Below, piece by piece: positions 47,470-61,200 of a DNA stretch of 64,000 bases; position 1 is the stretch's first letter, and every line of letters starts with the position of its first letter. Origin of the DNA: Tubiluchus corallicola (taxonomy: Eukaryota > Animalia > Priapulida); the NCBI GenBank assembly GCA_030141605.1, contig JAQGDQ010000419.1, positions 139,168 through 203,167 of the forward strand, given 5' to 3'. The notes below the pieces were generated by a model. That model did no database searches. It was not told the DNA's origin and saw only the letters and a program-made list of their open reading frames with translations. Made by a program: the position numbers and the translations under genes.

Positions 47470-50170
47470 CTTTATTTCAAACTTCGCAAAGCTCATAAAC
47501 ACATCACAAATTAATACAAATAATACAATAAATCATGAAACACAACAATAACACAAATAACAATTAACTATATAACAAACTACGCCAATGACATCTAATT
47601 ACAGAAGAAAATTTTACATCACTGTTTAAAATGTTTTTGCACATAAAATTTTCACTGTTATTCAGCCTGACATATAAACTGTATGCACATTTTCTGTGAA
47701 TGACATCAAAATAAATAATATTAAGTCTAGTAGAAATATATCTTGCGCTCGTATCATATGAAAAGTTAAACAGCTTCCGTTTTGATACATTATATGCAAC
47801 CTTGAGTTTGCTAATATTGTAAGAATAAAAATGTCTCCAAGTGGACATACAATAAAAAGTAGTGCAGTAAGCATTAAACAATTGTCTCTTCACGTTAACT
47901 GAACAGTGAGTAAATTTCCTGAGTAATTTATCTGCTCTACCATAGTAAATTGAACATTGTCGTAATATATCTAAATCATCTCTATTGTCATCTGATAAAA
48001 TATGTCCCAGATATTTTTCCTTTTTACTAGGTACAAAACTTTTACACTGCAAAGTAACAGACCCAAAAGTAAACTGCTGCATGTGGGCGGAGCGAAACGT
48101 GACAAGTTTAGTCTTATTCAAATTACAAGGATATCATACCTGTATTCTTTAGCAAATTTATTAAAAATATCTAGCAGTCTCTGCAAAGCCGTCGAGGTTG
48201 TTGCTAAAAGACATATGTCATCAGCGTACATCAAGTGATTAATGCAGGCTTAAGCAATATGACAACCAACACCAGAGTTAGTAAGTGCAGCACTAAGATT
48301 TTTAAAAGTTAGAAGTTTAGAAGTTAAATAACAGTGGAGACATTTTTCCACCTTGACGAATTCCGTTACCTACTGCAAAACTATCAGAGTTAAATTTACC
48401 CCCATCTAACCAACATACGTTGTTCCGTGTAATAAAAAAGCAAAAGTCTAATTACTACATTTGGTAGGTTAGTATTGACAAGGTTTAGGAACAGTTTGAG
48501 ATAGTTTACTCTATCGAACGCTTTTGATGCATCAATAAACAGAATATGTACAGTGCTTTGTCGACTAATGTAATAGTCAAGCACCTCTTTTAAAGTATGG
48601 TTTTAAGTTTTCAACAAAACCAAACTGGTTTGGCGTGGTACTCAAACAAGAACTGTAACGATTTAGAAGCAGTATTTCTATAACTTTGCTTCCTACAGAT
48701 GAAAGAGCAATAGGCCTATAGTTGTTCTTGTCTGTAATATCCCCATTTGACTCACCAACTTGTGGAGAAAGAGGAAGTTTAGAATTGGTTTCTTTTTTAA
48801 TAGATGTCCAAAATTCATAAGGGTTACAATGCATAAGTTTATAAGCCAACTTATCAGCAATAATACGTTTCTCATTGCGTTTGCACTCACGCAATGCGCG
48901 TTTAAACAATGCTCGAGAATGGCGCATTTCATCAGCTAAGTAACCATTTCGTGGCTTACCATTTATACGCCATGCAAGGAAACACTGGCGGGAATATTTA
49001 TGACTATCTGCAACGTAGTCATTCCAACCAGGTATCCTCTTACCCTGACAGTTATTAGACCCAGGTTGCTTCCCTGGAAAACTGATAGTGGCTGAAACTT
49101 TTAGAATGTCAGTTATGTGTTCATACAGTTTAGTTAGGTTATTTTGGTGTTGTTCGTTTTCACAGTACACATTATTACAAAGTAGAGCGTCGTACGGCAT
49201 CGCTATACCTAGTAAAGCAGTATGTGTACAGTGCCGGTAATTGAATAACTGACCTTCATTGGCGTTATCCCAGTCAAAATTATATCTATGCTGCCTAGGT
49301 TTATAAAAGATTACATTGTCAGTATTTAGCAAATCATCTACTGTAATAACACTATCATTAATAGGACAGGCCAGCACAAGGTCAACATTGATCTGAGCAC
49401 CTATAGGCATATGATCACAGTTAGTTAAATTGTAATCAACATATATATTACTAACAATGACATGCATTGTTTCAGTACAAATTATGTGGTCTAACCAAGA
49501 GCAAGTTTGATGTGCAGCACTCACATATGTAAAGGTATCAGCTGGCAAGCTGAGCACATCAGAAATATTATACTTATTAGCTGAGCACAATGATTCCAGT
49601 TCTCTATAAAACTGTCTTGTTATGTGTGAATTAAAATCTCCTATGCAACATACGTAACCAGTGGCTGACATGAAAGTGTCTAATTTTCCTAAACACCCTC
49701 TAAAATCATCTAGATTGTCATCACATTCATATGGAAAGTATATTCACAAACAAAATTGGCATCAGTTTATCAGGCAGGTGAGCTGAAAAACCTAAAATAT
49801 TAAAGTCATTTTCATGTGTAATAATCTTATATTCACCCCGGAAGTGTTTTTCTCCAGAGCACAGCTAAGCCACCCGGCGGTCGTCCTTTCAGAAGTCCAT
49901 CAGACAGATCTGTAGGTGAGATCCCTCTTCCATGAAAATCTGGATCAACTGTTGCCAAATAGTCAAGTTCTTGAACTGGAGCATCGTTTCTTGAAGAAAC
50001 ACGATGTCACTGCGAATACAGAGTTCTTTTAACACAACTAGTGATTCCGGATTTTTGATCGAATTACAATTGTAGCTCACTATCCTAAGTGAGGATATTT
50101 GGGTGCAGTTTTGCTCCATAAATGGTTTACTCGTTATTCGAGCCAGCGTTACTGCGTACTTATAATGAGA
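47470..50170 (-). mobile_element. Decayed non-LTR retrotransposon (APE endonuclease + RT; RTE-X-like), internally deleted
   Basis: VSYNCN, VFLQET, IGDFN, SWLDHI, DHMPI, PGWNDYV, NYRPIAL, IDASKAFD, GIRQGG, MYADD; frameshifts; AATAAA near 47475. Clade assignment is from memory of motifs. Confidence 0.9.
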
Positions 50171-50185
50171 CATACTTTTTAAGTA

Positions 50186-50263
50186 CTCTCCCCTCTCTCT
50201 CCCCCCTCTCTCTCTCCCCCTCTCTCTCTCCCCCTCTCTCCCCCTCTTTCTCTCTCTCTCTCT
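50186..50263. repeat. (CT)n-rich microsatellite
   Basis: Direct. Confidence 0.95.
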
Positions 50264-50272
50264 AGAGCAAAA

Positions 50273-50376
50273 TTGCACGTGTGACTAGCTTGGCAACTTA
50301 TCTCGTAACTTATAGCAACTCTCGCTGAGCTTACCATAAGTCGCGAGATAAGTTGCTAAGCCAGTCACAAGTGCAA
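50273..50376. repeat. 104-bp imperfect palindrome (mini-MITE / hairpin)
   Basis: TTGCACGTGTGACTAGCTTGGCAACTTATCTCG ... CGAGATAAGTTGCTAAGCCAGTCACAAGTGCAA. Confidence 0.85.
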
Positions 50377-52265
50377 CATAAACAGAAAAAAACTGTGGTA
50401 TAATAAATTCTTATTCTTCAGTCTGTAAAGCCGGTAAAGATCAGTAGGCGATGATTTGAAAAAGTTTTGCAGCTACCCATTGTTGTGAAACATCTCTTGC
50501 AATAATGTGGTTTTTGCTTGTCCATAGATGCGATTCCAAGTCTTGCGCATTAAGTTTGCTAAACTTTCTCTTGCTTTTCATTGAAACATGCGGATTTTGA
50601 ATATTCTATCCAAACAATTCTGGTCAAACTTCGCCAAGCGTTTGTGACTCACATGTCTAGTCAATAACAATATACTTAATCGCTCGTACCTTGGAAAAGC
50701 ATTTGTTAACGACATCATAAAAGTGTCAACTTTACTTGTGAGTCAATCAGAGTATAAATTTCTTCAATACTTAAAGATTGAACTTAATAAATTACCAGTA
50801 ACATCTGACAACAAATTAATATCCTTACAAAACCGAACTAACACACATTTAAACAAAATTGGTAATTCGATGAGAGCCAATAAATTTTCGGTTAATTACT
50901 GTTAAGTTTATGTTAATTAGCAATAAACTGTCACCATAAGATCATGCAGCCCTTAAAATTAAAATGTGTATTAAACCTATAATACAAAATTAATCTATTA
51001 TCTCAAAGTCACCAAAAATATGATATTTTGTGACTGGTCATGATAATATTTCCTCATGTAAAAATTGTCTTTTTATACTGTAATGGTCCGTGCATGCAGG
51101 GGCAGACCATAGGGGTCAATTAATGGTAGTCGCTGTTAAGTTCGATCAGTTCCTTGGCCGAGCTGGGAGTACTAACCGAATGCCCACTAAAGGAAACAGA
51201 CAGTAGCTGAGTGAACACAGACTCTACGGGGGCTCTACCTAAATGGATTTTGTGGTGTGATGGATGAAAATCAGGCTTTTTATCTATACCTCAAAAATCA
51301 AACTGTAACCAGTCGAATAAATAACAAAATATTAAGTTTAATCACACAATAAGAATATCAAACAGTCGTGAAATTTAGCTATTTGCAAAAAATGGAAATT
51401 AGTTGGTTTGAAGAAACCAAAAAACCTGAAATTTAGTTTTAAGATTTTATTCTGAAATGCCTACATGAACAGTGAAGTAGTGTCGTGTTGAAAATCAGAA
51501 AACCAAGTGACCAGAACTACAAGTGAAATCATTTAGGTGTGAAAACAGGTTTAGAGATTATGCATTCATAAAGACTGTAGAAGCCAATAAAAATTTAAAC
51601 AGTAAAGAGAAAGCTTCAACAATTTTAACAAGAGCACCTGAAGGTGGCAGCACTATCCAAAACTAAAAAAGTATGATGACATTAGGTTAAATATACAACA
51701 TAAATTTAAATTTAGAATAACTAAAATGATTTTCTTTTGTCCATTAGTAATAAGCAAAAGTGAATCCGAAAACGCTACTAAACAGCATGGCATGAAGTAA
51801 ATGCAATGACAAAAATATACAAAAATCATACAGTGTTCCTGACTACTTAAAGGATTCCTACTTAGACTGCCAGCCACCCCAAAACGCGTATGCTAGCATA
51901 ATATCTTCTCCAGATGGACGTAGTTTGTAGTCATAGTCCTTTAGAACGACTAAAGCATAGTTCAGACTTCACCCAATGGGTTCACGACCCCCCACAGTAA
52001 CGACTTAAAAAGTTTGAGAGAAACGTAGTTAGAGTAATAAAGTATTTAAGTAATAATTTACCGTCAGTTTGCACAACTTTCAAACTGTTACCCAACAATT
52101 ACAATTTTTGAATTCATGTGTGGACAATGAACAATGCAGTTCTAAAATATAAAAAATGTCCTTTCAATAATAATTATTATTGATTTCTATCACCTTTGTT
52201 GGCTAATACTACCCATAATTATTATGCTATTATTTTTGCTGAAAGTAAACAACCGCGAATGGCTC

Positions 52266-55200
52266 ATGGCTCATAATATAGCAACTGTGTTCGTCTTATA
52301 CTGCACCTCATGGCTTGTATTTGTTACTAGTGAATCAAGAGACAAGACCTCTGGAAATCTGATGTATAATGCTGCGTTAAGTTCGAAAAACGAGGAAGAA
52401 CCATATTTCAGCTCTATTGAGAGTTCTCTCAACAAAGGTTAGTCAAAAAAGTCTAAACAAGAATTAACAAATTCCGTAATTATATTTACATCAGCTGAAA
52501 CAAAATGCATTAACTGTAGCGTAAGAGTCAGAAATGCACTTTTTTCATCAGGTTTGTAATAAATTATATTTTCTGTTAATTCAAAATTTATTTTAGTACT
52601 GATATGAAGATATCAGTGCTATAAACAGTATTGGCATGTAGTATTAATATGTACTAGCTAAACCCCGTAAAAGAATTTTGCGCATAATTTCAGTGAAACA
52701 ACCTACGCCACACCACACCAACCTGCCATTCCACTCAAAATACACCGTACCACCCACACCACACCATAACACGACAGCACTCATACCACAGCACACCACC
52801 CACTCAACACACCACACCCACCACACCACATTATACCACACCAACCCACCACACCACTCACAGCACACCGCCCACACCACACTACACCATACCAGTACAC
52901 CACACCACCCACAACAAACCACATCCACCAAACTACACCAACACCACCCACACCTCACTGCCTACACCCTACCACCCCACCAGATTATCCATGCCACATC
53001 ACCCACACCACACCACTCAGATCTCACTAAAACCACACAAACCACACCATCCACAGCACAGCACAACACCTTCACCACACCACACAACACCCACCACATC
53101 ACACGGTGATCATGATGTTGATGGCGATAATGATGCCAATGATGATGACACCTACAGCACCAGCACCAACCGTACAGTATCACAGTGAAAGCATTCAGAA
53201 CATTTTGCACAATGTCGAAACTGTGTACTATAATAAATGCTTTTAGTCTGCCTACCAATGACAATAATGACATTCTACATTGTTTTGTTTGCTGCTTCTC
53301 AGATGATAATAGGCTAACACAACTTACTTACATGTAAAATCTATAACGCTATAGAACGGCGGGTGAGAACAATGCCTGGAACAGCCACGAAGTTTCTTAA
53401 ACTCAAAGACAATGGTGTTCCAAATAGCATACAGCGCAGAGGGTTGAAAAAGAACTTTGAAATACACCTTCCCGTTTTGTCTAGTGGACATCTCTCCTAA
53501 GGGAACGTTCAACCATTTGTAGACAGTTTTTGTGCTTTCTGTGAATGTTTTTTCCCCACATGTCCAAACAGTTGCAGAAGTTGAGCATTTCTAGAGACTG
53601 TTTGAGCACTTTTCTGCAAAATTTATGTGGTTGGGTCCGAAAAAACGCCCGTCACGGAACGCCGTGGCCTTTCCGCGAAATCTAAGTTTTACACCCACCG
53701 TTGATTGGGCTATTTAATCATTACCATCACCACCCGCACCACCCGTGGCCCATTCCGTATCTCTAGAAATAAGAGGTATAATTTTTGCAAAAAACGGGCA
53801 AAAAAGGCCGTTTTTGGTGTTTTTTCGGCCCCCGTTACTCCCGGTGGCCCAGATACGAAAAATAAACCCCCGGGTGTGAACCTATGTGTAGAGAGCTTTC
53901 ATTTGACGTATAAACCGTCGAGAATGGTGCCGTCGTCGGAGCTGTAGCTACCACCGAAATTCATATATATACGATAATTTGGCGACATCTATTGACAAAA
54001 ACAAGAAGCATTATATTCTATAGTTCCACCTTGAGCAATAAATTGAAACATCACTTAAAATCTAAATAACTATCTCTTTCCTGTGATGTTAAAACTATCT
54101 TTTCCTATTATTTCTGACACTGGGATTACTCTGTGATAATGTTGTTTTGAATTTACTGACTAATCAATTTTTAGTGAAGCCATTTCCATAGTTTTTGCTA
54201 ATGACAATGCAAGTTCATTTTAGCAGAACAGATTTCACCAGAATCAAGGATTATTGGTGGAGAAGATGCCGCTGATGGAGAATTTCCCTTTATGGTATAA
54301 ACTTCGGTTTCTTATTGATTAAACAAAGTTTTATAAGTAAACCTATATTAATAGGCTCAAAACAGGTAAAAAGACGACAGATGCTTTTTTGTACTAATAC
54401 GGACGACACAAGCAGCGGCATTATTTGATTGTATCTGCATTTTAAATGAGTAAAAGATTAATCACTTTCATTTCGTAACAAATTATGGTGAAATTGTGTA
54501 TGCCTTGAGGAAGAATAAGCTTTTTGTAATCTAGTGTCAGGTTTTGATGGGCGAGAAACCTCAGGAAGTGGTCCTGGTGGAAGTAGCAAACCTTCCGTGG
54601 GGGGACATCTCAACCTATCGTCTTTATGGAAGACAATTGGGACAAGATAGGCTCCCAAACCTACAAAAGTAATCAAATAATGAATGTACTAATGTTACTA
54701 TAAACTGGCAAGGCTGTGCAAAACATTTGTGACATTCGTTGCATATATGGGAGCTGTTTTAAGGAATAAACAACGTTGTCGTCCTACTCGCGACTGTCAT
54801 TGTCGCTGCCATCGCACTATCCGTCATTGCGACCATTAGCGGTACAACAGCTTTTTGTGCAATGAGAAGGACGTTATTTATAACGCCACTATTTTACTCT
54901 TTGTTATTATAACTTCGTCATCATTATCACTGCTGTTCGTTATCAACTTGGTTATCCCTATTTTCGCTGTTTTTGTTTCAAATAATCATCATTCTTATCG
55001 TCGTTGCTTTTGTTAAGAGACGACAAGCTGACTTAAGCACTACACTAAACCACAAAATTAATGGATTATAGAGTTTGTGAATTTTACTTTTACTGTTTGT
55101 ACCTTTCTGCCCCTCAGTCTTCACATACTTTCAACTGCACTTACCGGACCAGATCATTAAAGGAAAAGTCAAGTTTCAAACAACATGAAGTGCAGTTAAA

Positions 55201-58200
55201 ATACAACTAAAATATGGTAATTACTGCAGAATACACGAACATATAAGTTGTTGCTTAAAATAACGAAAGAAATTTACAATTCTTACTTCCGGCCAAACGA
55301 AATAAGCTGTTGACATACTTGAAAATTAGTTTTACGTAAGCTGGCCAACATGAAAATGCGCTGCAGGCCATCTCGCTATCTGACGACTATTAGTAGCGAT
55401 ATTAAATCCTCAATACATTGTATTTTTTAAGGTTACACTTGGCTATGAAGGAAACTTTTTGTGTGGAGCCACAATAATCAACGAACGGTGGGTATTGACA
55501 GCAGCTCATTGTCTGCTTGGGTAAGTATATCACTTTTGACAGGAAGTTACGACAGACAGCAGAAGTGCAAAATACAATGCGTCAATTATCAGCAGTTCTT
55601 GTGTGTTTAAGTAAGTACATCATTTTCAAAGCACGCGGTTACAAAGAAGTGCGTAATACAATGCGTCAATTATCAGCAGCTTGTTGTGTGTTTAAGTAAG
55701 TACGTCATTTTTCAAAGCATGCGGTAACAAAGAAGTGCATAATACAATGCGTCAATTATTAGCAGTTCTTGTGTGTTTAAGTAAGTACATCACTTTTCAA
55801 AGCACGCGGTTACAAAGAAGTGCGTAATACAATGCGTCAATTATCAGCGGCTGATTGTGGGTTTAAGTAAGTACGTCATTTTTTAAAGCACACGGTAACA
55901 AAGAAGTGCATAATACAATGCGTCAATTATCAGCAGCTCGTTGTGTGCTTGAGTAAGTACATCACTTTTCAAAGCACGCGGTTACAAAGAAGTGCATGAT
56001 ACATTGCGTCAATTATCAGCAGCTCGTGTTTTTGAGTAAGTACGTCATTTTCAAAGCACGCGGTTACAAAGAAGTGCATAATACAATGCGTCAATTATCA
56101 GCAGCTCATGTGCTTGAGTAAGTTCATCACTTTTCAAAGCACGCGGTTACAAAGAAGTACATAGTACAATGCATTAATTATCAGCAGTGCATTGATGTGT
56201 TTTTGGGTAAATACTTTTGACAGCACGTTGTTCAACACGTTGTGCATTGCACAGTGCACCTAATCGGAAGTGCACAGAATTTTGATCATCATAGGAAAAG
56301 ATTTACTAAAATGGAAAGAAAATGGATTTTTAATGTATATTAGAAAAATTTTCCGGACAAAGTTATATTACTTAACGTTACACTTATCCATTTTCTGCTA
56401 TTTGAAAGATTAATTGAAAAAGAAAATTCTTGAATATAATTTAAAATTCCGGCCCCAACTGGCTAAATGTCACTGAACCATGATCCCAGTGTGCACTTCT
56501 GCTTATCAAAAACCCATCATTGATCTTATTGACAATAATATTAAGTAATTAAAACTTTCGTTTAGCGAATAATGTGCTACAAATTCTCTGGTATGTTTTC
56601 AAATTTCTGTAATATTATTACAAGTTTTATATAGCGTTGCAGCCAATGAAAGTCCTACTTGCAATAAGACAGCATGTAAGTGATACAAATATTCAAACTT
56701 TTTATGCTCTACTTATGAAACGTGTTCTCTTGTCTTACAAACCTCCAAACCTGGCCATGATAAAGAAAGTCATATCTAATCAAGCTAAACAACACAGGAA
56801 CAAGGAAAGTAAATTAAATTTTGCTTAAAATTAATTAAACAAATACATAAATAGATCAATATTAAGTGCAGTCAACAGTATAGCATTATTTTCTAGCAAA
56901 AAAGCAGGTCCACACTTTGAAGTTTACATGGGAAGCAACATTTTTTACAACCCGAAGGTGAAGCGCTTTGTAAGTTTACATGAAGTTTTTTAAAATTACA
57001 TGCATGAGTTCATATTTACATGAAGTTCTTACGTTTATAATTATGGGGTTTTATTTTTTGAATCGGTCCCCCTGGGACGAACGGGTGGGGAAAACCTCCA
57101 AAAATGCCCATTTTACCCATTTTTTTGTAAAACTTATACTTCTTGTTTCTGGAGAATTGAAATGTTTCGGCAGTGGTGCTGGTAATGGTTAGATAGCCCT
57201 TTCAATGGTGGGCGTTATAGTCATTTTTAGATTTTGTGGGAGGGCCACTAGTACCCACTCCCGGCATTTTCCCAGACCCAAGCATACAAATTTTGCAGAA
57301 AATTGCTCAAACAGCCTCTGGAAAAACTCAATTTGTGCAACTGTTTGGGCATATTGGGAAAAAATAAGCACACTCGCAGAAGGAGGGCGAAACGGTCTAC
57401 AAAAAACTCAAGGTATCACTAGGGGAGATATCCACTGGACGAAACGAGAGAGGTGTATCATCCTTCTACCTTTTTCGTTTCACCAGTCACGGAATCTGAT
57501 ATTATAAGTATATGCAAATGTTTTGAACGAAATAAAGGTTCTGGTACGAATAATCTGCGCCACAAAGTTATTATAGATGTAATTGAAAGTATCGTTACCT
57601 CTTTGACACATATAATTAATAATTCACTTAAAACTGGTACTGTTCCTTCTAAAACGATCAATTATCATCCCTATCTTCAAATCCAAAGATTCTTTGGACA
57701 TTAACAATTATAGACCTATCTCGCTGTTACCTTTTTCAAAAATATTGGAAAAAGTTGTTTACAATAAAATTTTATCTTGTTTGCGTTATCACAACATAAT
57801 AAATAATAAGCAGTTTGGTTTTCCGAAAAACAGCTTAACTGAATTGGCTTGGATAAACATTGTAGAGAGTATAACTAAATGCACTGAACAAAATAAAGTA
57901 GCAGCAGGGATATCTTGTGACCTCTCTAAGCTCTTTGATACTGTTAATCGAAAAATACTTCTTGTTAAACTACATTATTACAGTCTTAGAGGGGTAGTAA
58001 AGGCATGGATATCTAGTGATCTTCATGGGAGAACACCAGTGGTTCGATATAATAATGTAAATTCAAATGAATACCACAAGGTTCAATTTTAGGTCCACTG
58101 CTATTTTTAATATGTAAAAATGACATAAAATGTTCTTTAGCTATTCCAAATCTGTTACAGTTTGCACATGATACGAGCATATTCTTTGAGTTAAATAAGG

Positions 58201-61200
58201 CTGATAATTTAAAATATATCAGCCGCAAATTACAAAATATTGCTATTTGGTTCAAAACGAATGAGTTGTCATTAAATTCTACAAGAACTGAATGTATGAT
58301 TTTTAGAGCAAGACACAAGAAAATTCCAATTAATAATGGTGATACTAACTCCAAAATTCCCCTATTGGAATCATACAGGAAATGAAATTTTTGGGAATCA
58401 TTCTAAGTGAACACATGAATTGGAAGCCGCACATAGACATGATCAAAAGTGAAATTTCAAAAAGTATAGGTGTCATATGTAGGACTAAAATTGCTTTACT
58501 AACTGACATCTAATAACCTTGTACAATTGTTTAATGTTACCATACTTCACATACTGTTGTCTCCTTTGGGGACACACATATACAACTAATATAAATAGAT
58601 AGCGAGTCATCCAAAAAAATTTTTTAGAATCACTTATAATCTTAGAATAAGAGAATATCTTAGTTTAGCATGTTTTAAAACTAATAAACTTTTAACTGTT
58701 GACGATTTAATACACTTGAATACAGCTATATGTATAAAACTAAATATCATCTATTTTCAACATGCTTTAAGAATCCAGTCCGTTATGCAACCAGAATGAA
58801 CGAGTTTGTCGAAAATTTCTGTAGAACGGACGTGGCATGGCAATTCAATGGAAATGTTGGTCCAAGGCTTTGTAATGACATAAATGATGAACTAAAAATT
58901 ATTCAGCCAATTCAAAAATTTAAAAACAAATATAGAGCAACGATTTTCAACAAGTACAACACTTCTTAATATTCTACACCTACTGCAGTAGTCATGCCAC
59001 AATCCTGGTACAGATTATACAAAACACGACATCATTGATAAATCTTTAGAGCTAATGTAAACATCGCACAATCGACTGTCTTTGTTTGTACTATTTCCGC
59101 TAACTCATCATTTTTCCTGCCCTGTGTGATCTAACCTTTCTGCCCAGGTATAGACATTGTCTTTATTTTGGTACCCCACGTGATACTGCTTTTACCCAAG
59201 ATATCGAACTAATTGCTGCATTCACACGTAAGGTTGCCACCCTGTCATGAACCAAAGTCAGGCGTCAAGAGGCAAGAAGCACCCCCAGGTGAGCATCGGG
59301 AGAGAGCACCGGTTTTTATGAATTTTTTCAGAAACTAAAATCAAGAAATTCAAACTAAAAAGTTGTAAAAATTCTTGATTTTAGACTCCAAAAAGCCCTA
59401 AATATCTAAAACTTACAAAAGTGCAAGCAGTGTACATCATTTTTTGGAGTTTCTTCTCTGTCACATTACTCACATTTTTTAGGCTGCTGGGATGGGATCG
59501 GTTTAGCAATCAAATTATTAAGCACTTTATGTTCTGTGAATTAAAGCTAAAGCAGGCCTAATCAGGAGTGGTGGCAACCCTATTCACATATTATACATTA
59601 TAATGCCTTACGTGAACTTAATTAGCTTTCGCATTGTTGCTTTATGCAGGCGAATGCTTTCAAGATGCACCCTCTCTATGCGAATGATTCGACCAGAGCT
59701 AAAGAAAATGATATTGCTCTCGTCCAAATGCACAGCCGCATCAAGTTTGATAAATATGTTCAGCCTACATTACTACCACGTCTCGGCTGGACTTACGACA
59801 GAAATGAAACAGCTGTAATTGTAGTAGGATGGGGCCTTCGAGATCGAGGTAATTTACAGGTTAAACAGAGAAGAAAAGAATATTTCGACTATATGGGATA
59901 GCTAGTTTTATGACTGCTTTATCAGTTTTGACTATTTATACATGACATAGTTCCCCCATTGAAGGATATTTTTAATTTGTGTCACGGGAAGCAGAAAAGG
60001 ATGTTAACTTTTCTCTCATTTTTGTTGCTTTTCACAAATTTATGTTCGTTCCATAAATGCAATATTAGAAACGTTTCTGGAATTGCAAGTTATAGTTACG
60101 CATAATCTAGAATGTTTGGTGTAGTATGTTTATTTAATTTTTTGGAAGGTCTGCTAATTTGTGATTAACGGATAAAATATTTTATCACATTTTTAACAAG
60201 AAAGTTGTGCCAGAACATCTTTTGCTTTAAGAAACAATTTTTGTTGCATCATTTCATGAACGTCTTTCAAAGATGCACAATTTCTGATACAGAATTAGGC
60301 TGTAGAGATCAAAAATCTCACCTTCATGAGATAATAATTTGTATTTCATTCTTAGACAAAAACCGACGATGCCCCAAACAGCTACCTTGTAAAACAATAA
60401 CGAGTCTGTTCTTTAAAACAATTAAAACATTGAATGAGCCTGCTCATTTAAAATAATTAAAACAATTAACAAGTCTGTTCCCTTAAAGCAATTAAATCGA
60501 TTAATTAGCCTGTTCATTTAAAACAATTAAAGATATTTAACGAGTCTATTCTGATCTTCAGTCCTAATGAGCTGCCGCCTGTTGGCCAGTGTGCCAGCTC
60601 ATCTACTGCCTTGGAAAAAAGGAAATAAGGAAACAACACAGCTAGCCCGTAAAATATTTTAAAATAATTAACGAGCCTGTTCGTTTAAAACAATTAAAGC
60701 TATTTTACGAGTCTATTCTGATCTTCAGTCCTAATGAGCTGCCGCCTGTTGGCCAGTGTGCCAACTTATCTACTGCCTTGGGGGAAAAAAGGAAATAGTA
60801 AACAGCAGTTTAAAAATTAATTTGATCGTCACAGAGTTAGCAACATAAGTAGCACCTCCAAATTCGGACTGCACAGAAATTGAGCAGATCTGTTCCTTCA
60901 CCCATACATAACTACTCACTGAATGGTTTTAAACCAAAAAGAATTTATGTGCATAATGAGTGAAAAAATCATTCAGCCAACTACACTTCACTAAAATTTC
61001 ATGCTTTGTCGACAAAATTAAGCTGGCCTTGTTTCACGAAACCGTCACTAACTTAACAACGTCGTTATGGCTCTTTCTTGGCGACGTCGTGCCACAAAGT
61101 GTCATGGCGGGCAATAATAATTGTTACAGTACCAGCCGCATTTAATTTAGATTACCTATCACATAAAAGTATGCAACAGAATGTTTCTAAAATTAAGAAA

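Noticed and set aside
51095-51190. HDV-like ribozyme suggested by GGGCA...CGAATGCCC
   Set aside because: Could not build P1/P2/P3 in the required order
52224-52265. Upstream ATG extending protease copy 2 by 14 aa
   Set aside because: Out of frame in copy 1; the signal peptide fits the ATG at 52266
52644-53273. His/Thr/Pro-rich and Cys/Trp/Gly/Val-rich ORFs (also 32974-33222)
   Set aside because: Translations of a (CACCA)n low-complexity intron tract; frames are not conserved between the duplicates
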